A stretch of DNA of 64,000 nucleotides, taken from the IMG/VR virus record IMGVR_UViG_3300032242_003148, positions 64,001-128,000 of that record. One strand, 5' to 3'. The notes beneath the pieces are model-generated. The model ran no database searches, had not been told where the DNA came from, and saw only the letters and a program-made list of their open reading frames with translations. The translations under genes and the position numbers were made by a program. The number at the start of each line of letters is the position of its first letter. Within the stretch, counting starts at the first letter, position 1. Below are positions 38,057 through 47,707 of this stretch, one piece after another. Source of the DNA: a virus.

Positions 38057-38849
38057 CAGGCACTTGAATTTGATATATGGTATCAGTGGGCGGGATCAAG
38101 CGCAATGTTACTTTCTGGCTTACTGGAATGCCTGTGCCTGGAAAATAAGTTATACCCTTAGCTAGCACATCATATCTAAATCCATCTATATTCGTGCATA
38201 TTACATCTCGTACATCTAATGATGGATAGCCTGGAAATCTTGCTATTGTGTCTGCAGTTTCTTTTACACCTAACCCTTGAGGGTCCATCTGTTTATCAAG
38301 CTGTGCAGTATCTATTACATAGCTACATGGCACAGGAGAAAAGTATCCACCCTCTATACCAATACCAAAATCCGCTGTTCTTTCATCAGCGATAGATACC
38401 CCTGATACAGGGTCTACTGTGGGTGTCGCCACAGCGCCATATGATTTTTTCTTTAATAACCAGGCTTCATGACCTGCGAATCTAGATAATAAAAATTCTT
38501 TTCTTAGTATCTCACTAGCCATTGCATATCTGCGTTGCTCTGTGGTGGTATGCCCAAAAATAATAGAGTTAGAATAATATGTCTGTTTGTCTCCTGTGGT
38601 TAATACAATCCTATAATTATAATTCAAACTCCAAGATTGCTTTTGATTAGAATTATCAATTGCAAAAAAATTATCTCCCACTTCAACCTCGTAGCTTATC
38701 TCGCTAAAGTCAAGAGTCTGACTTACCTGCAGTTTAAAATTATAAGGTAGTGGTGCATTGAAAAATGGATCTAATTCCCACTGAACAAAATGCCCCCTGA
38801 CAAAATCAGGGATCATAAACAGCTTGGAAAATACTTCTGCGACGTACAT
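38040..38849 (-). CDS. Neck / head-closure-like protein
   Basis: Position between adaptor and terminator genes; FGIGIEGGYFSP motif. Confidence 0.55.
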   Translation of the reverse strand: MYVAEVFSKLFMIPDFVRGHFVQWELDPFFNAPLPYNFKLQVSQTLDFSEISYEVEVGDNFFAIDNSNQKQSWSLNYNYRIVLTTGDKQTYYSNSIIFGHTTTEQRRYAMASEILRKEFLLSRFAGHEAWLLKKKSYGAVATPTVDPVSGVSIADERTADFGIGIEGGYFSPVPCSYVIDTAQLDKQMDPQGLGVKETADTIARFPGYPSLDVRDVICTNIDGFRYDVLAKGITYFPGTGIPVSQKVTLRLIPPTDTIYQIQVPVDLYE

Positions 38850-38850
38850 A

Positions 38851-39072
38851 TTATTTTCTTATTTGCAGCACCATACTCATTATTTCCTTAGCCATCAAAC
38901 CTACTGGAGATGTATTATTAGATACCGTTGACGCCCCTATTAATATTTTGTTAACGGGGTTTTTTTTAACTTGAGCGGCCAAGATAGCCCTGGTTAACGG
39001 GCCATATTTATCTGAGCTTTGCTCTATCGCCGAACCTAACTTATTTAATGAAGCTATAAATTGATTATCCAT
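38851..39072 (-). CDS. Hypothetical protein
   Basis: 73-aa coupled ORF. Confidence 0.6.
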   Translation of the reverse strand: MDNQFIASLNKLGSAIEQSSDKYGPLTRAILAAQVKKNPVNKILIGASTVSNNTSPVGLMAKEIMSMVLQIRK

Positions 39073-39073
39073 A

Positions 39074-39520
39074 TTAGCCTATATTGCGGAAAAGATATTC
39101 GGAGTGCTTTGTTCCGTAGACCTGTGCAATATTATGGCTAATTCTGATGTTCTTTGCTAATTCTTTAAATTCATTCCAAAGCTCACCTCCGAGTTGGCCA
39201 AATATCTGTGCCTTATCCTTATCATTAATTTGAACACCGTCTGCAGCGTAGCTAAATTGATTACCTGCCTCATTAATAGATGCTGAGCGAAGTAGATAGC
39301 CTGCGGTACCCAACATTAATAGAGCCCTGAATGGAAAATTCTCTATGGTGTAGAACGTACCTATTGGTGGAGGCATTAAATTATAATAGTCCACAGTATT
39401 AATCATTGCCTGATTAATCATCTCTGGAGTCCAACGAATACCTAAGATGAGCGGGTTTAATTCCGCCCTGTCCATCATGAACAGTCTTATTTCCTCGGGA
39501 GTAATAATAGAAGTAGCCAT
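39074..39520 (-). CDS. Head-tail adaptor-like protein
   Basis: Helical 148 aa (IRLFMMD...YYN..PP...FSY..DGVQI.D) downstream of the capsid gene. Confidence 0.6.
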   Translation of the reverse strand: MATSIITPEEIRLFMMDRAELNPLILGIRWTPEMINQAMINTVDYYNLMPPPIGTFYTIENFPFRALLMLGTAGYLLRSASINEAGNQFSYAADGVQINDKDKAQIFGQLGGELWNEFKELAKNIRISHNIAQVYGTKHSEYLFRNIG

Positions 39521-39521
39521 A

Positions 39522-39752
39522 TTATTTTATTTTAGGATTCTTTAAATCAGTTAATGGCTTAGGTGCAGCTCCAGATGTTGTGGTATTTCCTCCAGGACTT
39601 ACCGGAGAAGAAGAAATAGGCATTCTTTTAAGAGGCTGAGCATTGTGTATCTGGGGAGAAATTAAATTATTCTCAGGTGCGGTCTCTTGTGAGCTTCCTG
39701 TAGCCAATTCTGCGTGCTTTAAAAAACTATCAAGTACATCTATGGAATTCAT
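39522..39752 (-). CDS. Small disordered protein (FLKHA leader-like start)
   Basis: 76 aa, Pro/Ser-rich; preceded by a consensus promoter. Confidence 0.6.
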   Translation of the reverse strand: MNSIDVLDSFLKHAELATGSSQETAPENNLISPQIHNAQPLKRMPISSSPVSPGGNTTTSGAAPKPLTDLKNPKIK

Positions 39753-39758
39753 AATTAC

Positions 39759-39787
39759 ATTATAGCTTTACGCACATTAGTTGTGAA
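39759..39787 (-). promoter_or_regulatory. Promoter TTCACA-N17-TATAAT (probably leaderless transcript)
   Basis: The -10 element ends 6 nt before ATG 39752. Confidence 0.6.
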
Positions 39788-39801
39788 TACAAATAACCTA
39801 T

Positions 39802-39834
39802 AAAAAGATTAGGGGGAGCCGAAGCTCCCCCTAA
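39802..39834 (-). terminator. Intrinsic terminator after the major capsid gene
   Basis: 11-bp stem TTAGGGGGAGC/GCTCCCCCTAA, TTCG loop, TCTTTTT tail. Confidence 0.9.
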
Positions 39835-39860
39835 GACTTTATTTAACTCTGTAGTTAAGC

Positions 39861-40817
39861 TTACTTGAAGGTAACCTTTACTGCGCCCTTCACGTTACCG
39901 ATTGCGAGGGAGATGTTCAGGTACTGGAAGTACTCAAGGAAGTATGCTTCGTTCTTCATGAACACTGTGAGCGGCTGGAGCCTGTAGTACTTACCTAAGA
40001 ACTCCTCAGAAGAGAAGAGATAGATAACACCATCAGGAACGAGATCACGCTTGATTGTGTAGATGGGCTTCACACCAAGAAGAGTCTTGGAGGGGAGACC
40101 ATTAACAAACATATCCTGGGCGAGATCACCACCAACTTCCGAGCGACCCATTTTCACGAAGTCGTCAGCAGTTACTGTGTTCATCAGCATAACACCCTTG
40201 CTCTCACCGCCATCTGGCTGTGAAGGACCAAAGGGAACCTGGAGGCGCTTGATAACCTTGAAGGCTTCTGCAACAGTCTCACGTGTGATACCACCGGAGA
40301 TGCTAACGTTCTGAGGAAGGCTCAGGCCGTTTGCGCTGTTAGCTGTATCGGGTGAACCGATATTGCTGTTAATAGTGTTGATGAAGCTGGTGTCGATCTG
40401 AGTAGCGATGTCCTTGGTGCTGAGTTCGAGCATGATTGCACGAATATCATAGTCATAGGTACGAAGCTTATCGATGTCCTTGTTATACTTAGGTGACACG
40501 ATGCGGCTGAAGTACGAAGGATAACGTGTACCCTTGAACTGGAAGGCATCAGGAACAACACCGAGGGGGACTGTCACAGCGGGGGCTGTATCAGGCTCAC
40601 GGTCGTTCCACTTAACAAGGAGCTCAGGATCCTGGGCCTTGTCGAGCTCATCATTGCTGAGATCAATAGGGGTGAGGATCTTTTCTGCGAAGCTTTCTTC
40701 ACGGAGTTTGTTGCGGGTGAACTGCTGGGCGGAAACAGCTGCCTGCTTCTCTTGTCCAGCCTTTACCATCTCAACGAATGTGTCGTTGAACACTTTTTGG
40801 TCGGCGATTTTTTCCAT
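39861..40817 (-). CDS. Major capsid protein (HK97-fold)
   Basis: 318 aa; follows protease/scaffold/decoration genes; strongly biased codons; strong terminator; KLREESFAEKIL...YDIR...KDIA.QID..F pattern. Confidence 0.8.
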   Translation of the reverse strand: MEKIADQKVFNDTFVEMVKAGQEKQAAVSAQQFTRNKLREESFAEKILTPIDLSNDELDKAQDPELLVKWNDREPDTAPAVTVPLGVVPDAFQFKGTRYPSYFSRIVSPKYNKDIDKLRTYDYDIRAIMLELSTKDIATQIDTSFINTINSNIGSPDTANSANGLSLPQNVSISGGITRETVAEAFKVIKRLQVPFGPSQPDGGESKGVMLMNTVTADDFVKMGRSEVGGDLAQDMFVNGLPSKTLLGVKPIYTIKRDLVPDGVIYLFSSEEFLGKYYRLQPLTVFMKNEAYFLEYFQYLNISLAIGNVKGAVKVTFK

Positions 40818-40838
40818 ATTATTATATATCCTTGTTAA

Positions 40839-41327
40839 TTAGGCTGCGAGTAATTTGACACCGAGGAAAGCCTTAACAGCTCCTACAGTTGCACCTGTGC
40901 TAGTGTCAGGAAGGGTACGAATACCTTCAACCGTACCAATTAACTTGGCATTGGTGGATGTTGTGGACAACACACCAGCTGTGGTTGCGTAGAGACGCGT
41001 ACCGATAGGATAGTTTGTTGCATTGACTGCAGAATCTGTTGCGCTGCTGTCTACCTCGAGAACTGTGTCTCCGGAGACCAGATAGATACCAATGGATCCT
41101 GTTGCGACTGCATCACCGTCACCGAGGCCGGTGGAAGTGCTGTAGGTATTTAATGAAAAGCCAACTAGGTCGTCTGCAGGGGAACCGGAAACACCTAAGG
41201 CGGCGGTACCATCTGTCTTGACGCGGACTACTTGGCCTGCGATTACTGACTGACTAGCGGCGAGCGTGGCAACCTTATCGGCTTGGCCTAAGCTCAGGGC
41301 TGGTCCTTTTTTGAAGTTAATAGCCAT
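40839..41327 (-). CDS. Capsid decoration/cement protein (start reassigned to ATG 41327)
   Basis: 162 aa, G/A/T-rich beta protein (AGQVV...GTRLYATTAG.L.......IG.V) directly before the capsid gene. Confidence 0.7.
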   Translation of the reverse strand: MAINFKKGPALSLGQADKVATLAASQSVIAGQVVRVKTDGTAALGVSGSPADDLVGFSLNTYSTSTGLGDGDAVATGSIGIYLVSGDTVLEVDSSATDSAVNATNYPIGTRLYATTAGVLSTTSTNAKLIGTVEGIRTLPDTSTGATVGAVKAFLGVKLLAA

Positions 41328-41436
41328 ATTTTTGTTTTTTGTTTGTTGTTGTTTGATTTTGGTTTTCGCTTCTGCGCCCTCATACCGGTACCGATCAAGG
41401 TAACACAAGTCGCATTGCCGAAGTTTTGTATATTTA

Positions 41437-41465
41437 ATTATTACAAAATTGTTTTATAGAGTCAA
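41437..41465 (-). promoter_or_regulatory. Promoter TTGACT-N16-TAATAAT for decoration/capsid genes
   Basis: Intergenic and AT-rich. Confidence 0.5.
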
Positions 41466-41476
41466 ATAAATAAAAT

Positions 41477-41869
41477 TTATTCGTCTAGAAGATTGTAGTT
41501 AGCATCATAGCCAAATGCCTTACGCATTACAGGATCTGAGTTATCTCCAGCGGTTTTAACAGAGGCTACTTCGCCAAATGTTGAAACGTCTGAAGCTTCG
41601 CAAACCTTTTGAATGATTGTGGCGAGATACTTATGATCTTCTTTTGCTTTCTTGATGAATCTGCGCTTGTCATATTCATCGTTGATAAAATCGGAGTCAT
41701 AAAGAGCGTTAGCAGCTAACTTGAGTGCGTGATTAAATTCTTCGTCGCGCTCTTCGAGTTCTGCGGCTCTTTTTTCATGAACGCTAGAAAGCTCAGCCTT
41801 GAGACTTTGGATCTCTGATTGAGCTTGCTTTACAAACTCCTCAATTTTGCTGAGCATTTCTTTGTCCAT
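41477..41869 (-). CDS. Coiled-coil head assembly protein
   Basis: 130 aa, acidic, several K-x-A sites; within the head module. Confidence 0.6.
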   Translation of the reverse strand: MDKEMLSKIEEFVKQAQSEIQSLKAELSSVHEKRAAELEERDEEFNHALKLAANALYDSDFINDEYDKRRFIKKAKEDHKYLATIIQKVCEASDVSTFGEVASVKTAGDNSDPVMRKAFGYDANYNLLDE

Positions 41870-42008
41870 TTTCGTTACTGGTTCCCTCTAAGAGGATTAA
41901 ACTTTCTATATATTCTAAAACTTTTCTCTTGTCCGCGTCTGTTAGTTGAGTAAGAGCCTTCAGGGATTCTAGTTCTAAAGAGGATTGGACTCCTGTAGAA
42001 CTATCCAT
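41841..42008 (-). CDS. Small hypothetical protein (55 aa), absent from the ORF track
   Basis: ATG 42008 to TGA 41841, MDSSTGVQSSLELESLKALTQLTDADKRKVLEYIESLILLEG...; fills the gap exactly. Confidence 0.55.
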   Translation of the reverse strand: MDSSTGVQSSLELESLKALTQLTDADKRKVLEYIESLILLEGTSNENGQRNAQQN

Positions 42009-42020
42009 AAAGGCTTTTAA

Positions 42021-42926
42021 TTACTTAGCAGCTTCGGTCTTGAGGCGCTCGAGAACAATGTTAGCTACTGACTCAGCCAGCTTTGTTTGAAACTCAACTG
42101 ACTCAGCGGCCTGCTTCTCTTGAGCTTCCTTGCTGAGAACAGACTCAGCAAACTGAGAAAGTTCTGCAACCTTTGCCTTTAGTGCTTCGTTCTCCTGGGC
42201 GGCTTCTTCAAAAGCGGCCTGCTTAACAATCTCCTCGAAATAAGCTGCACCTGCGGCCTCTGCCTGCTTTTCTGTATCTGCAACCTTTTCTGTTTCTAAT
42301 TCTTGCGCGGCTTGAGCGATGAGCATGTCAAGATCACGGCGACCAGCTTCCTTCATAAGAGTAGCTTCGTCAGCAACTGTCTCAGACGCAGTCTTTAAAA
42401 GGGCTGCGCAGAATTGGCGACCAAGTTCATAGGAAGCAACCTTGCTGGCGAGTTCAGAAACTTCATCAGAGGCTTTCTTTGCTTCAGCGGCAGGCTCTGC
42501 ACTATCTGAGCTAGGCTTTTGATCACCTGTGGTCTGGGGGGTATTCTTATCAGCACCAACTTCGTTCTTGTTAGTGGTCTCGTGTTCATCCTTAACTGAC
42601 TCAGGCTTGTCTGTGGCTGGTTCGCCAGTAACTGCGTCTTGAGCGTCAGCATGCTTGCGGATGATGTCTAAAATTTCGTTACCAAGAGTTTCTGCTGTTT
42701 TAGCTGCAGGCTCTGCGGAATCCTTGGAGGGGGCTTGATGATAGCTCTGAGCGAGGTTATCAGCACCAACGTTGTTCTTATTGGTGGTCTCGTGCTCTTC
42801 TTTAACAGCTTCAGGCTTCTGGGAAGCGGGTTCACCAGTGACTGACTTCTGTGCCTCTTCGGCTTGCTTCTTAACCAGCGAGTGAAGCTGATTTAATACT
42901 TCGGCGTGTTTTGTTAATTTGCCCAT
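42021..42926 (-). CDS. Scaffolding / prohead core protein
   Basis: Acidic E/A/K-rich, 15 K-x-A tripeptides, AGGAG RBS, internal duplication. Confidence 0.7.
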   Translation of the reverse strand: MGKLTKHAEVLNQLHSLVKKQAEEAQKSVTGEPASQKPEAVKEEHETTNKNNVGADNLAQSYHQAPSKDSAEPAAKTAETLGNEILDIIRKHADAQDAVTGEPATDKPESVKDEHETTNKNEVGADKNTPQTTGDQKPSSDSAEPAAEAKKASDEVSELASKVASYELGRQFCAALLKTASETVADEATLMKEAGRRDLDMLIAQAAQELETEKVADTEKQAEAAGAAYFEEIVKQAAFEEAAQENEALKAKVAELSQFAESVLSKEAQEKQAAESVEFQTKLAESVANIVLERLKTEAAK

Positions 42927-42988
42927 AATGTTATGTTCTCCTATTTTTTTATTTTAGTTTAGTTTTAGTTTTTTGTAAATAGCTAATA

Positions 42989-43957
42989 TTAATCTTTACT
43001 TGCTCTGCCTGCTGCGATTCCTGTTCCACCAACGGCTGCGGCACCTAGACCTAGCGAGATTCCTTTGTGCTTACTAGCGAGTTCTTTTGCATCATCTTTG
43101 AACCCCTTTAGCGCAGTCTTACCTCTGGTGAGTACGTTTGTTACAGCTTCACCTGCAGCATTAGCGAGTCCTGCTTCTTTAACAATAGCAAGAGTCTGAG
43201 CATCAGAGAGACCGTATTCACGTGCGCGCTCTACAATACCTTCGTAGTATGCTGCGGTCTTTTCTTCTTTTTCAGCCTTGGCTTTACAAGCCGCGCAGGT
43301 TCCACCACAGTCGCAAGCTTTTTCTTCCTTTTCAGCCTTTTTCTCTTCAGCTACGGGAGCCTTGTTCTCACGGATCTTCTTTAAATCGTCAGCATCAATT
43401 TTACCATTGTGATTAACATCTAACTTTTTCTGTCCACCAATTAATTCACTCTGCTTGAGCTGATTGAATGTTGTGGTAAAAGCTGTGTCATAAAGTTCAA
43501 CAGCCTGCTTGAGACCTAAACCACGACCCAGAGCCTGCTCTAAGAATCCCTCAACATAGTTAGCGGATTTAATAAAATTAATTGCGCTCTGTTTGGCTAA
43601 AGCGGCCTCATCAGCTCCTGGCTGAGGGGCTAATTGCTCTGCCACATCAGGGTGCTGTGAAAGCTGCTGCTCAATCCCGGCGGCAACCCCAGGAATCTGC
43701 TCAGCTTCTTCACCATGTTCTGCCCCGCCACCATGACCATGAGTAACTTCAGCAATAAGCTGTTCTAGCTCCTCAGGAGAAAGTTGTGAAAGAAGCTTTT
43801 CAATTTCTTCTTCATGCGGAGTTTCAGAAGCTTCATGTTCAGGTGTGCCCTCTGGGGCTCCACCGCCATGCTGAGGAAGAAGTGCTTCAATTTGCTCTTC
43901 GTTCATTCCGGCTTCATTCGCGGCTTTGATAAAGCCAGTTAAAAAATGTTTATTCAT
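42989..43957 (-). CDS. Prohead core / internal head protein with three leader-type motifs
   Basis: FLTGFIKAANEAGM, YVEGFLEQALGRGL, YYEGIVERAREYGLS; DVNHNGKIDADD; CDCGGTCAAC. Confidence 0.65.
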   Translation of the reverse strand: MNKHFLTGFIKAANEAGMNEEQIEALLPQHGGGAPEGTPEHEASETPHEEEIEKLLSQLSPEELEQLIAEVTHGHGGGAEHGEEAEQIPGVAAGIEQQLSQHPDVAEQLAPQPGADEAALAKQSAINFIKSANYVEGFLEQALGRGLGLKQAVELYDTAFTTTFNQLKQSELIGGQKKLDVNHNGKIDADDLKKIRENKAPVAEEKKAEKEEKACDCGGTCAACKAKAEKEEKTAAYYEGIVERAREYGLSDAQTLAIVKEAGLANAAGEAVTNVLTRGKTALKGFKDDAKELASKHKGISLGLGAAAVGGTGIAAGRASKD

Positions 43958-43983
43958 ATGTTTTTCTCCAAGGATTGTTTTAT

Positions 43984-44012
43984 ATACTAGCTTATATTTA
44001 TTTATGTTCCAA
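43984..44012 (-). promoter_or_regulatory. Promoter TTGGAA-N17-TAGTAT
   Basis: Intergenic, upstream of a GGAG RBS and ATG 43957. Confidence 0.5.
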
Positions 44013-44019
44013 GTTTTTT

Positions 44020-45450
44020 TTAACGATTCTGGATCAGAGCGTTTAAAATAGTTTGATCGTCTAATTTACCGCTCTCATCCATATATCTCAGAGCCGCTAA
44101 TTTATAGCTCAAATATTGTTGAGCTAATTCATCTGCAGCTGCATCTTTTTCGATCTCTTTCTTGTTAGGGGAAGCTTTTAAATCGCCAGGAATTCTCTTG
44201 ATGATTGTAATGCGCATAACCCTACCATGAGCAGGCTGATCAAATAAAGAATGCCCTTCAAACAGACGACTGACAAGTCCTTTTATTTCCTTGGGAATTA
44301 TTCCTAAGTCTGAAGGATCAAATTTTTCATTGTTAACAGCTCCCGCCTCTGAGTCTTCGTCCTCTTCCATATGAGAGAATCCAGAAGGTAAACGCTTCTT
44401 CATCTTATCAATAATCTTTTCATCTTTTAATTTATCTCCGAAAAGATATTTAACAAAGTCTGCTGGAGAAAAAACAATACCATGATCAGCTAGGGCCTTT
44501 AATAGCTTGCTAGGATCTTGTTTGCGGAGCTCATCAATTGTTTCATCTGAAATACCATCAGCATGGTTAATCTTTGATGCTTCATGAGCAACATATTTCT
44601 CAGTAGAATCTTTGGGTCCCTTTGTTGCTATTCCCTCAAGATGCTTCTCCATTTCAGCTAACTTACCAACAAGTGCACGCTTATCGCTCGCCTTTTTAGA
44701 AATAAGAAAGTCGTTAGCCTCTGAAGGAGCTCTAAAGTCAGAATAAATTTGAAGATAGTCTGATGTAAGTTTAGGTGCGTATTCAGAAGCTAACTTAAGA
44801 GACATTCCGATTCTATCAGCAGGACGCCCAACAATAGATAACTCAAACCAATGAGGGTCTACGTTATCCATGCCACACATTTCTCCACGCTTGTTTAATT
44901 CACCTATCTGGCTAGGAACGTGTTCACAACGTCCACGATCATCTTTGGCTTCGTGTCCGCACCATGTACAAACATCGCTAGCAACCTTTGCGGCCATAGA
45001 AACGTTGATCTGCTTGCCTTCTGCTAACTTTTGAATTTCTTCTGCACACTTATCATTATCTAAACCAACGATAAGCTCTATTCTCTTCATCTCAGGATTG
45101 TACGCCGCGGCTTTGATATTTCCGTACTTAGGATCATGTGGTTTGTTCTTGTGGTGACGGTTTAATGCCCTGCCATCATACTTACCATCTTTACCCTTAG
45201 AACCTGACTTAACGAATGTCTTATAGTGCTCTAAACATTCAGCTTCTTTAAAAAGATCACCATTGCGGTTCTGGCCAATACCCTCATAAGCGCCAAGAGC
45301 AATAACATGCACGTCTGTTTGATTTGCTGTTTTTTCAACACGCAGCTCATCCTGCACAGCGGCTAACTTCTTCAAGTCAGCTGGTTCATTAACTATGTTT
45401 ACAGGAGGAACATCGTAGTTCCAATCTGAGGTAGAATTAAATTTAATCAT
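44020..45450 (-). CDS. Prohead (maturation) protease
   Basis: NRNGDLF, HH.N, VSM (catalytic Ser candidate), CxxC..C.H insert, FELSIVGRPAD: HK97/herpes-type prohead protease pattern. Confidence 0.8.
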   Translation of the reverse strand: MIKFNSTSDWNYDVPPVNIVNEPADLKKLAAVQDELRVEKTANQTDVHVIALGAYEGIGQNRNGDLFKEAECLEHYKTFVKSGSKGKDGKYDGRALNRHHKNKPHDPKYGNIKAAAYNPEMKRIELIVGLDNDKCAEEIQKLAEGKQINVSMAAKVASDVCTWCGHEAKDDRGRCEHVPSQIGELNKRGEMCGMDNVDPHWFELSIVGRPADRIGMSLKLASEYAPKLTSDYLQIYSDFRAPSEANDFLISKKASDKRALVGKLAEMEKHLEGIATKGPKDSTEKYVAHEASKINHADGISDETIDELRKQDPSKLLKALADHGIVFSPADFVKYLFGDKLKDEKIIDKMKKRLPSGFSHMEEDEDSEAGAVNNEKFDPSDLGIIPKEIKGLVSRLFEGHSLFDQPAHGRVMRITIIKRIPGDLKASPNKKEIEKDAAADELAQQYLSYKLAALRYMDESGKLDDQTILNALIQNR

Positions 45451-46736
45451 TATTTAATGCGGTTAGCTTCTTCGAATTCACCACGAGAACGCAACATATT
45501 GCGCTTCCATTCGTTAATCTGTTCCTTGCCATAAACTTGATTTTGTAGCGCTTTTAACGCGGCATGGAGACCTAATCCTCCGGCAGCAATACCTCCACCA
45601 ATCACGCCCGCGGGTCCCAAACGACGAAGCGTTTTACCTGCAGTTGTTCTAGCAAAGCTATTTCTAGCTATATCGTTAGCTAACATACTGCGATCACCGC
45701 CAACAGCGTTCTCAAGAACCTGTTTGATCATTTCGTGGCTCATATTCTCAGGATGCTGCTTACCTATTGTGGCGTTGATCCAATCACGCAATGGCTGGTC
45801 TTTATCCGGCAAGATCTGCCCTAAAATATTATGAAGTTTGGGGTGTTTCTCTAATAAGTCCCCAGTCAATACCTTCTCACGTAATTTTTCACCTAATCCA
45901 GCAAAAACGGGGGACTTTAAATTTTTACCAGCGTCTCTTAGTCCTTTATGCGCTTCAGCGTATTCACCAAGCGCTAAATGTTCAGGAGTGCTATAGAGGC
46001 CATCTAAATATTGTCTAATTTTGGCAGACCTTAATTTGACCTCTTCTTCTGTTGCGGCTGTAGAATTAAGCAGCGATGCATATTCGTTTAAATACTTGTC
46101 TTTATCCCCTCCCAAAAGACCCATTTGCCTGAGGCGCTTAAGCATAGGAGTTTTTTCTATCTGCTGCTGTGCATCTGTGCGCAATTTAGGGTCTGCAGAC
46201 TTTAAATTTTCAATAATCTTGGCGTGTTCAGACATATCTGGAGTTGCCGACAGGGACCCAAACATGTTCAATACATGAGGATCTGTAACTGGAAGGCGCT
46301 TTCCCTCTTTGCCTACTGGAGCTAATTTTTCAAGCATGCTCTGCGCAGGATCACCTTTTCTGGTGTTGTATGCCGGCATCATCTTTTTGAGATTACCGCC
46401 CTGACGAACTGCGTTTACTAGAGGTACACCAGCAGCAACACCTGCGCCGATTGTTCCTGAATTAGCAAGAATATCTGAGGTTAATGCTTGTACGGGGTGT
46501 TTATCATAGAAGGTCTCTGCCTTGTTATTCTTAAGTCCTGTTAGATATTCCAGCCCCACGGTACCTTTTCTAAAATCATCCTTAAGCTTATTAAGTCTTT
46601 CTTGGTCGAATTTATTTTTTGCCTCAGGAAGATTATGTAAATCAAGTAGTGGCGCAAGAGCTCTATAAAGCTCAGATTGCGTTCCAGCTTCGGGTGTATC
46701 TAATTCTCTTTGAAATGACGTAAGATCCTCTGGCAT
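45450..46736 (-). CDS. Putative internal virion protein with Gly-rich hydrophobic segments
   Basis: GTIGAGVAAGVPLV and GPAGVIGGGIAAGGLGL segments. Confidence 0.55.
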   Translation of the reverse strand: MPEDLTSFQRELDTPEAGTQSELYRALAPLLDLHNLPEAKNKFDQERLNKLKDDFRKGTVGLEYLTGLKNNKAETFYDKHPVQALTSDILANSGTIGAGVAAGVPLVNAVRQGGNLKKMMPAYNTRKGDPAQSMLEKLAPVGKEGKRLPVTDPHVLNMFGSLSATPDMSEHAKIIENLKSADPKLRTDAQQQIEKTPMLKRLRQMGLLGGDKDKYLNEYASLLNSTAATEEEVKLRSAKIRQYLDGLYSTPEHLALGEYAEAHKGLRDAGKNLKSPVFAGLGEKLREKVLTGDLLEKHPKLHNILGQILPDKDQPLRDWINATIGKQHPENMSHEMIKQVLENAVGGDRSMLANDIARNSFARTTAGKTLRRLGPAGVIGGGIAAGGLGLHAALKALQNQVYGKEQINEWKRNMLRSRGEFEEANRIK

Positions 46737-46740
46737 AATT

Positions 46741-47301
46741 TTAGCTGTTTAAAAGATATTTATCTGCTTGTAGGGCACTACTAAGTCTCTCCACATTTCT
46801 GGGATCATTTAATTTTTGAAAGTTGGTTACAGTTTTTTGCTTGGCCTCATAGGCGGGAACTCCTGCAAGCAATCCTCCTCCTATAGCTCCGGCTAAACCT
46901 AAGCCTTTTGGAAGTCTAGAACGAAGGGCATTTAAAATAGCTGATCTACCTGGTCCCTTTAATGCAGAACCTGCTAGATGCCCCGCAGCCCCGCCCACAA
47001 AAGCCCCGCCAACAGCCTTGCCTAACCCAGCGCTAATTCCTTGCTGTTGTGGATTTTCTCCTAAGGTGGAATTGCGGGTGTTTAAAATAGCTTGATTGTA
47101 CTGTGCTGATGTTTGTCCTGTTGGGTCGTTGTAGCCCGGAGGAACGCCAGCTTCGCGTAGAGCTATGCGGATTCTAGCGATATCCTCGTCACTTAAATCG
47201 TCTGTATATGCTTTTTTAATTAGCCCAAGTATCTCGTCTTCTGGTAAGCCTGAAATATTTGCGGCCTTTATAAAGCCAGTCATGAAGTTATTAGTATTCA
47301 T
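46741..47301 (-). CDS. Leader-family protein with glycine-zipper cargo (start reassigned to ATG 47301)
   Basis: MNTNNFMTGFIKAANISGL...IKKA followed by GxxxG arrays. Confidence 0.7.
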   Translation of the reverse strand: MNTNNFMTGFIKAANISGLPEDEILGLIKKAYTDDLSDEDIARIRIALREAGVPPGYNDPTGQTSAQYNQAILNTRNSTLGENPQQQGISAGLGKAVGGAFVGGAAGHLAGSALKGPGRSAILNALRSRLPKGLGLAGAIGGGLLAGVPAYEAKQKTVTNFQKLNDPRNVERLSSALQADKYLLNS

Positions 47302-47707
47302 TATATTGTTGTACTTGTTGCTGAGGTTGGGGGTTCTCACCACCGGCTAGTGCTGACCCAGCGGCGCCACCTAATCCAAAGCCTAGTGTTGAGCCTATTG
47401 CCTGCCCTGTTCTCATACCTGTTCCTGGGATGGGGGCTCTAAAAAATTTTAATAACTTAGTAGATAAACCTGCAGGTTCGGGGTGACCAGCTGCAAGAGC
47501 TGCGGCTCTACGAGTCTGTAATGTTTTACCAGCCATACGCAAAAGTGGACCTGTGGCTAATCGACTCAGTAATAAATCGCCACCTAGACCACCAATTATC
47601 GGAGCGAGTAGATTCAACCAGGCAGTTTTATCTAATCCGTGCTCAGCACACTTGTTCATATAGCCGCGAATAAATGCAGCCTTGATCTTAGGGTCTTCTA
47701 AGTTCAT
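47291..47707 (-). CDS. Leader-family protein with glycine-zipper cargo
   Basis: AFIRGYMNKCAEHGLDKTA|WLNLLAPIIGGLGG... Confidence 0.7.
   Translation of the reverse strand: MNLEDPKIKAAFIRGYMNKCAEHGLDKTAWLNLLAPIIGGLGGDLLLSRLATGPLLRMAGKTLQTRRAAALAAGHPEPAGLSTKLLKFFRAPIPGTGMRTGQAIGSTLGFGLGGAAGSALAGGENPQPQQQVQQYNEY

Noticed and set aside
41328-41408. N-terminal extensions of ORFs 40839-41408, 2829-3248, 46741-47343 and 55761-56141
   Set aside because: Downstream ATGs (41327, 3116, 47301, 56093) fit gene spacing and motif starts better.
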